A DNA stretch of 64,000 nucleotides from NCBI GenBank assembly GCA_012295275.1, contig CM022665.1, positions 39,928,001 to 39,992,000 of the forward strand. Direction: 5' to 3'. Source of the stretch: Chrysomallon squamiferum. Its lineage: Eukaryota; Animalia; Mollusca. The notes under the pieces are model-generated. The model saw nothing but the letters and a program-made list of their open reading frames with translations. It was not told the origin of the DNA and did no database searches. The position numbers and the translations under genes were made by a program. Below, piece after piece: positions 60,328 through 64,000 of this stretch (positions are counted from its first letter, which is position 1; every line of letters begins with the position of its first letter).

Positions 60328-62684
60328 GTATATATTATTTTCTATTTCTTTTTGTGTTCTAGTTTCTTCTTTTTATCTCTCACGTATGAACATTTCTGAA
60401 ACTTCCGTTTTATAAATTGCTGCAAAGAAAATAAATAGATGTCGAGATATATCAGTCTTTGTAGACACAGGCTTTATTGTATTGTCTTTCCTTTCAGATG
60501 AAAATGCATTTTATTTATAATTTTTGTTATTTCTTTGGTGCTGATTAAAAATCCAGTTTTGTTATTTTATTTAGCATTCTCTCTAACTTTTTATATCTTC
60601 TTTACATCACTCTTCTTCCTTTTTTTTCGTATCTTTTTTTTTTATCTAATTTTTGTGTCTTTTTTTATTTTATTTTATTTTATTTTGCGGAGGAAAATGA
60701 AAAACAAAGAAGAAAACGAAATAAACGAGTATTTAAAAAGAATGAAAGAAATAAGACATTTTCTATAAAAATAACACTAACAAAATGCTAATAAATCTAA
60801 GAAGAAAAAAAAAAAGGAAATCTCAGGGAGAGATAAAACAAAATCGCTTTATAAACATCACGAAAATACACAAAATACCAAAAGGAAAATAGCAACAACA
60901 TAGATACAAATGAACCCCACCGCCAAAAAAACATCAAAAAACACCAAAAAAAAAAAAAAAAAACCCACACACAAATCAAAGAAAGCAGCAAAACATAAAA
61001 AAAGAACATAAATTTGAAAAAACCCACAAAAGTTAAAGAAACAAATAACCTAAACTAACATTCTTCTTCAAAAAAAAACAAAAAAAAAATATTACAATCA
61101 TCATCATCTTAAAGTCCAACATTCTCTTGACGCAAAAGAATATCTCATTTATTTGTCTTTGACTTTTTTTTCTTCTATTTTTTTTTTACTCTCGCTTGTA
61201 TACCTTTCTTTAGTCAGGACAGCTATTAAATATCTTCTGATGTGCAACACGATGAGAAAACTAACATTTGCGTCTTGTAGCTCTCGAACTGAAATGACAC
61301 CATGATGTTTTTGTCAAAAGAACTCAGAGAACCACACCTGCAGATGCGGCACTTTTACGAGTAATTTGATGCTGGAATCTAGTGCAGTGCAGTTAGGCAC
61401 AGCCAAAATAACAAGTTCTCAGTAAACAGTATTGTTTTTTTTTTTTTTTTTTTTTTACAAAGCAATAAAAACGTCAAGATTTTCTTGCAACAGTTGGCCA
61501 TGATCGTTATTTCGTATATGTGTGGAATATATTATTATGATGATGGCGATAATGATGATGATGATGATGATGATGATTGCTGTTGTTGTTCTTTTTGTCG
61601 TTGCTGTTGTTGTTATTATTACTACTACCATTATTATTATTAGTAGTAGTAGTAGTAGTGGTAGTAGTAATAGTGGTAGTAGTAGTAGTAGTGGTAGTAG
61701 TGGTAGTAGTAGTAGTAATATTATTACAGTAGTACTCTGACACAATTAGTTACTAGTTTTACTACTTTTTCATCAACTGCTACAATAACTACTTCTTCTG
61801 TTACAACTTCTTGTTCTCCTATTACTTATCGATTCACTCACTTACTAGTAATTGATTGATGTCGATGACTATTAAGAAGAAAAAAAGAAGAAGAAGAAAA
61901 AAAAACATTCGTGCATATTAATATAATTAATATAAATAGTTTTTAAGCACATCCTGAGACTGAGTTGGGTATTGATCGGGCGACTCATTACATTTCATGT
62001 GAGCGCTGTACTACTGACTTGTTGAACTGAGACAGATTTCACAAATATATTTATTACAACATTTAGCATCTAGACTCTAGCATAATACATCGACGTAGAC
62101 ATTAACAAACGTCGATACTGTATCATAAAACGTCATAATAACTGGACAGTACAATCTTGAGCAGGCTGACCACCGTTTGTCCTCAACATATTTTCAAACT
62201 GGATCGGAAAATAAAAATAGAGAAAGAAACCAAAACTTTAAATAATTTGATATTTTTTTAGATATAACTCGTTAACAAACTCTTTTGCGAAAATAATTTC
62301 ATTTCTTCTTCTTTTTCAGTTTCTGTTGTTTTATTTTTCGTTGTTGTTTCGTTTTTGTTTTTCTTATCTAATCGTTCTCTCTCGTTCCTCTGTGCGTTTC
62401 TTCCTCCCTCTCTTTTTTCTCTCTCTCTCACTCAGACACATCTATCTTCTCCGAAATAACAAATCTCTATAACTACTACACCAAATTTCGGTCACCCATT
62501 TATTTTAGCACATTCTACGTCGTGTCAGCCTGAGCTGAATACCAAACAGTAGAGCCTACCTGACCACTAATTGTTCACGTCTTCTTAACACGAACCTTCA
62601 TGTCAATAGTCCTGTATCTGCATACATAATACCAATACACGTACATCAATTTATCAGTCCTTTTACCCTCCAATAAACCAGCCG

Positions 62685-62880
62685 TTCTAAACGTCAAGGT
62701 CCAAGTATGCCTGTCTTGGGCAGCCAGGCCTGGAACCTGTATTGTCAGTATGAGTTTTGGTTTTGTGAAATAAAGATGTAGTCTTGAATCCCCGTCATAA
62801 GTTCTGGACCAGAGAAGACGATGGGATGCGAAACCAGGACCTGTGAATCTTAAGGCAGATGTCTTAACCGTAGAAGGTTT
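62685..62880 (-). mobile_element. Second-family SINE relic, reverse orientation
   Basis: Minus strand reads GGTTAAGACATC...GGTTTCGCATCCC (A/B-box-like) then CCCAAGACAGGCATACTTGGACC; explains ORF 62575..62901. Confidence 0.45.
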
Positions 62881-63117
62881 AGAAATTCGAGTCTGTATCA
62901 AAATTGTATATTAATCTGTCTATATTTTCTCTCTGTTTTTATCTTTCTGTCTCTTTCTCTCTCTCTCTCTATCCATCCTTGTATTTAACCATCTGTCAAT
63001 ATATCTGTCTGTCTGGATCTCTCTGTCCATCTATTTATCTATCAGTTAATCGTTCTGTCTGTCTGTCTATCTGTCTCTCTCTCTCTCTCTATCTATCTAT
63101 ATCTATCTATCTATCTA

Positions 63118-63152
<35 letters not shown>

Positions 63153-63273
63153 ACCTATCTCTAATTCTGTCATTTCCTTTCTTTCCTTTTTCTTTAAATA
63201 TCTTTAGTGCTATCTTTATCATCATCATAAACGTCGTCGTCGTCGTCATCATCATCATCATCACCATCATCAT

Positions 63274-63313
<40 letters not shown>

Positions 63314-63318
63314 GCAGC

Positions 63319-63349
<31 letters not shown>

Positions 63350-64000
63350 TATTATTATTATTATTATTATCATTATTATTATCATTATCATTATTATATC
63401 CACGTTCGGTATTTTCATTGAGTCATTACCATCTAATTACGTACACTAAATTTACACTGTAAATTCTCCGGCTACTGACAAGAAATTTATTTTTTCATTA
63501 ATATTTTTTTTTATTATTATTATTTTTTTTTTTTTTTTTTTCCCCTTGCCCTGACTTATATTTTTACCATCACACAAACCGGGACAACCAGTGTAATTCA
63601 ATAATTAATGAGTTTTCTGCTGAGGAGAAGAAAGATTTATTATCGGTAACCCTTGATAGATTCGTAATTTTTTATATTTAATGGATTTTGAACCATCTCG
63701 TGGGTTATATTCCTTTCGGAGCTCTCCGGTGTCTTAATGGAGAAAAATACAGCAATTCCATCACATTAGCGCGACTAAGACAAATATATGGCTTATATGG
63801 AGACAGTTTATTTTTACTAGTTCGTAATTTTGGAAGCGATTTGTTGTCATAAAAAGCTGCAGAAAAAAAAAGAAGAAGAAATTATATGATAGTGGTGAGT
63901 CTAAGTTACGCAATCGTGCTTAAATTTCAGACGATAATAAAAAAAAAAACTAGGAGCGGATCTCGACTAATCTCTGGAGAGCTACGTGAAGGACCCAATT

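Noticed and set aside
54744-64000. Search for the GPCR TM1-TM2 exon
   Set aside because: No GN/LAxxD-type segment was found in this interval; presumed to lie beyond the window.

Overview
AT-rich, microsatellite-rich eukaryotic DNA with spliceosomal GT-AG introns. An invertebrate, probably gastropod, origin is inferred from SINE style and gene content. Most of the supplied ORFs are microsatellite noise. The real content has four parts. (1) The 5' half of a mitochondrial translation initiation factor IF-2 gene (MTIF2, minus strand): intact G-domain exons at 503-4646, but its apparent N-terminal exons at 13233-14161 carry several disabling lesions. (2) A ~7-8 kb tandem segmental duplication (~5901-12840 and ~12839-20606) whose junction lies inside a decayed mariner. 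(3) In each duplicate, a 4-exon plus-strand gene for a small orphan membrane protein with an acidic tail (139 aa at 9500-11497; 131 aa at 17328-19194), which the ORF track does not assemble. The introns of the two copies are near-identical, with 100%-identical tracts of 138 and ~207 nt abutting exons. The exons are hyper-diverged, yet they keep every splice site, intron phase and reading frame. This is the most interesting system in the window. (4) The last three exons of a PRXamide (pyrokinin/CAPA/neuromedin-U-type) rhodopsin-class GPCR (minus strand, 30208-54743) with a 21.5 kb intron. MITEs, tRNA-derived SINE relics and minisatellites are also present.
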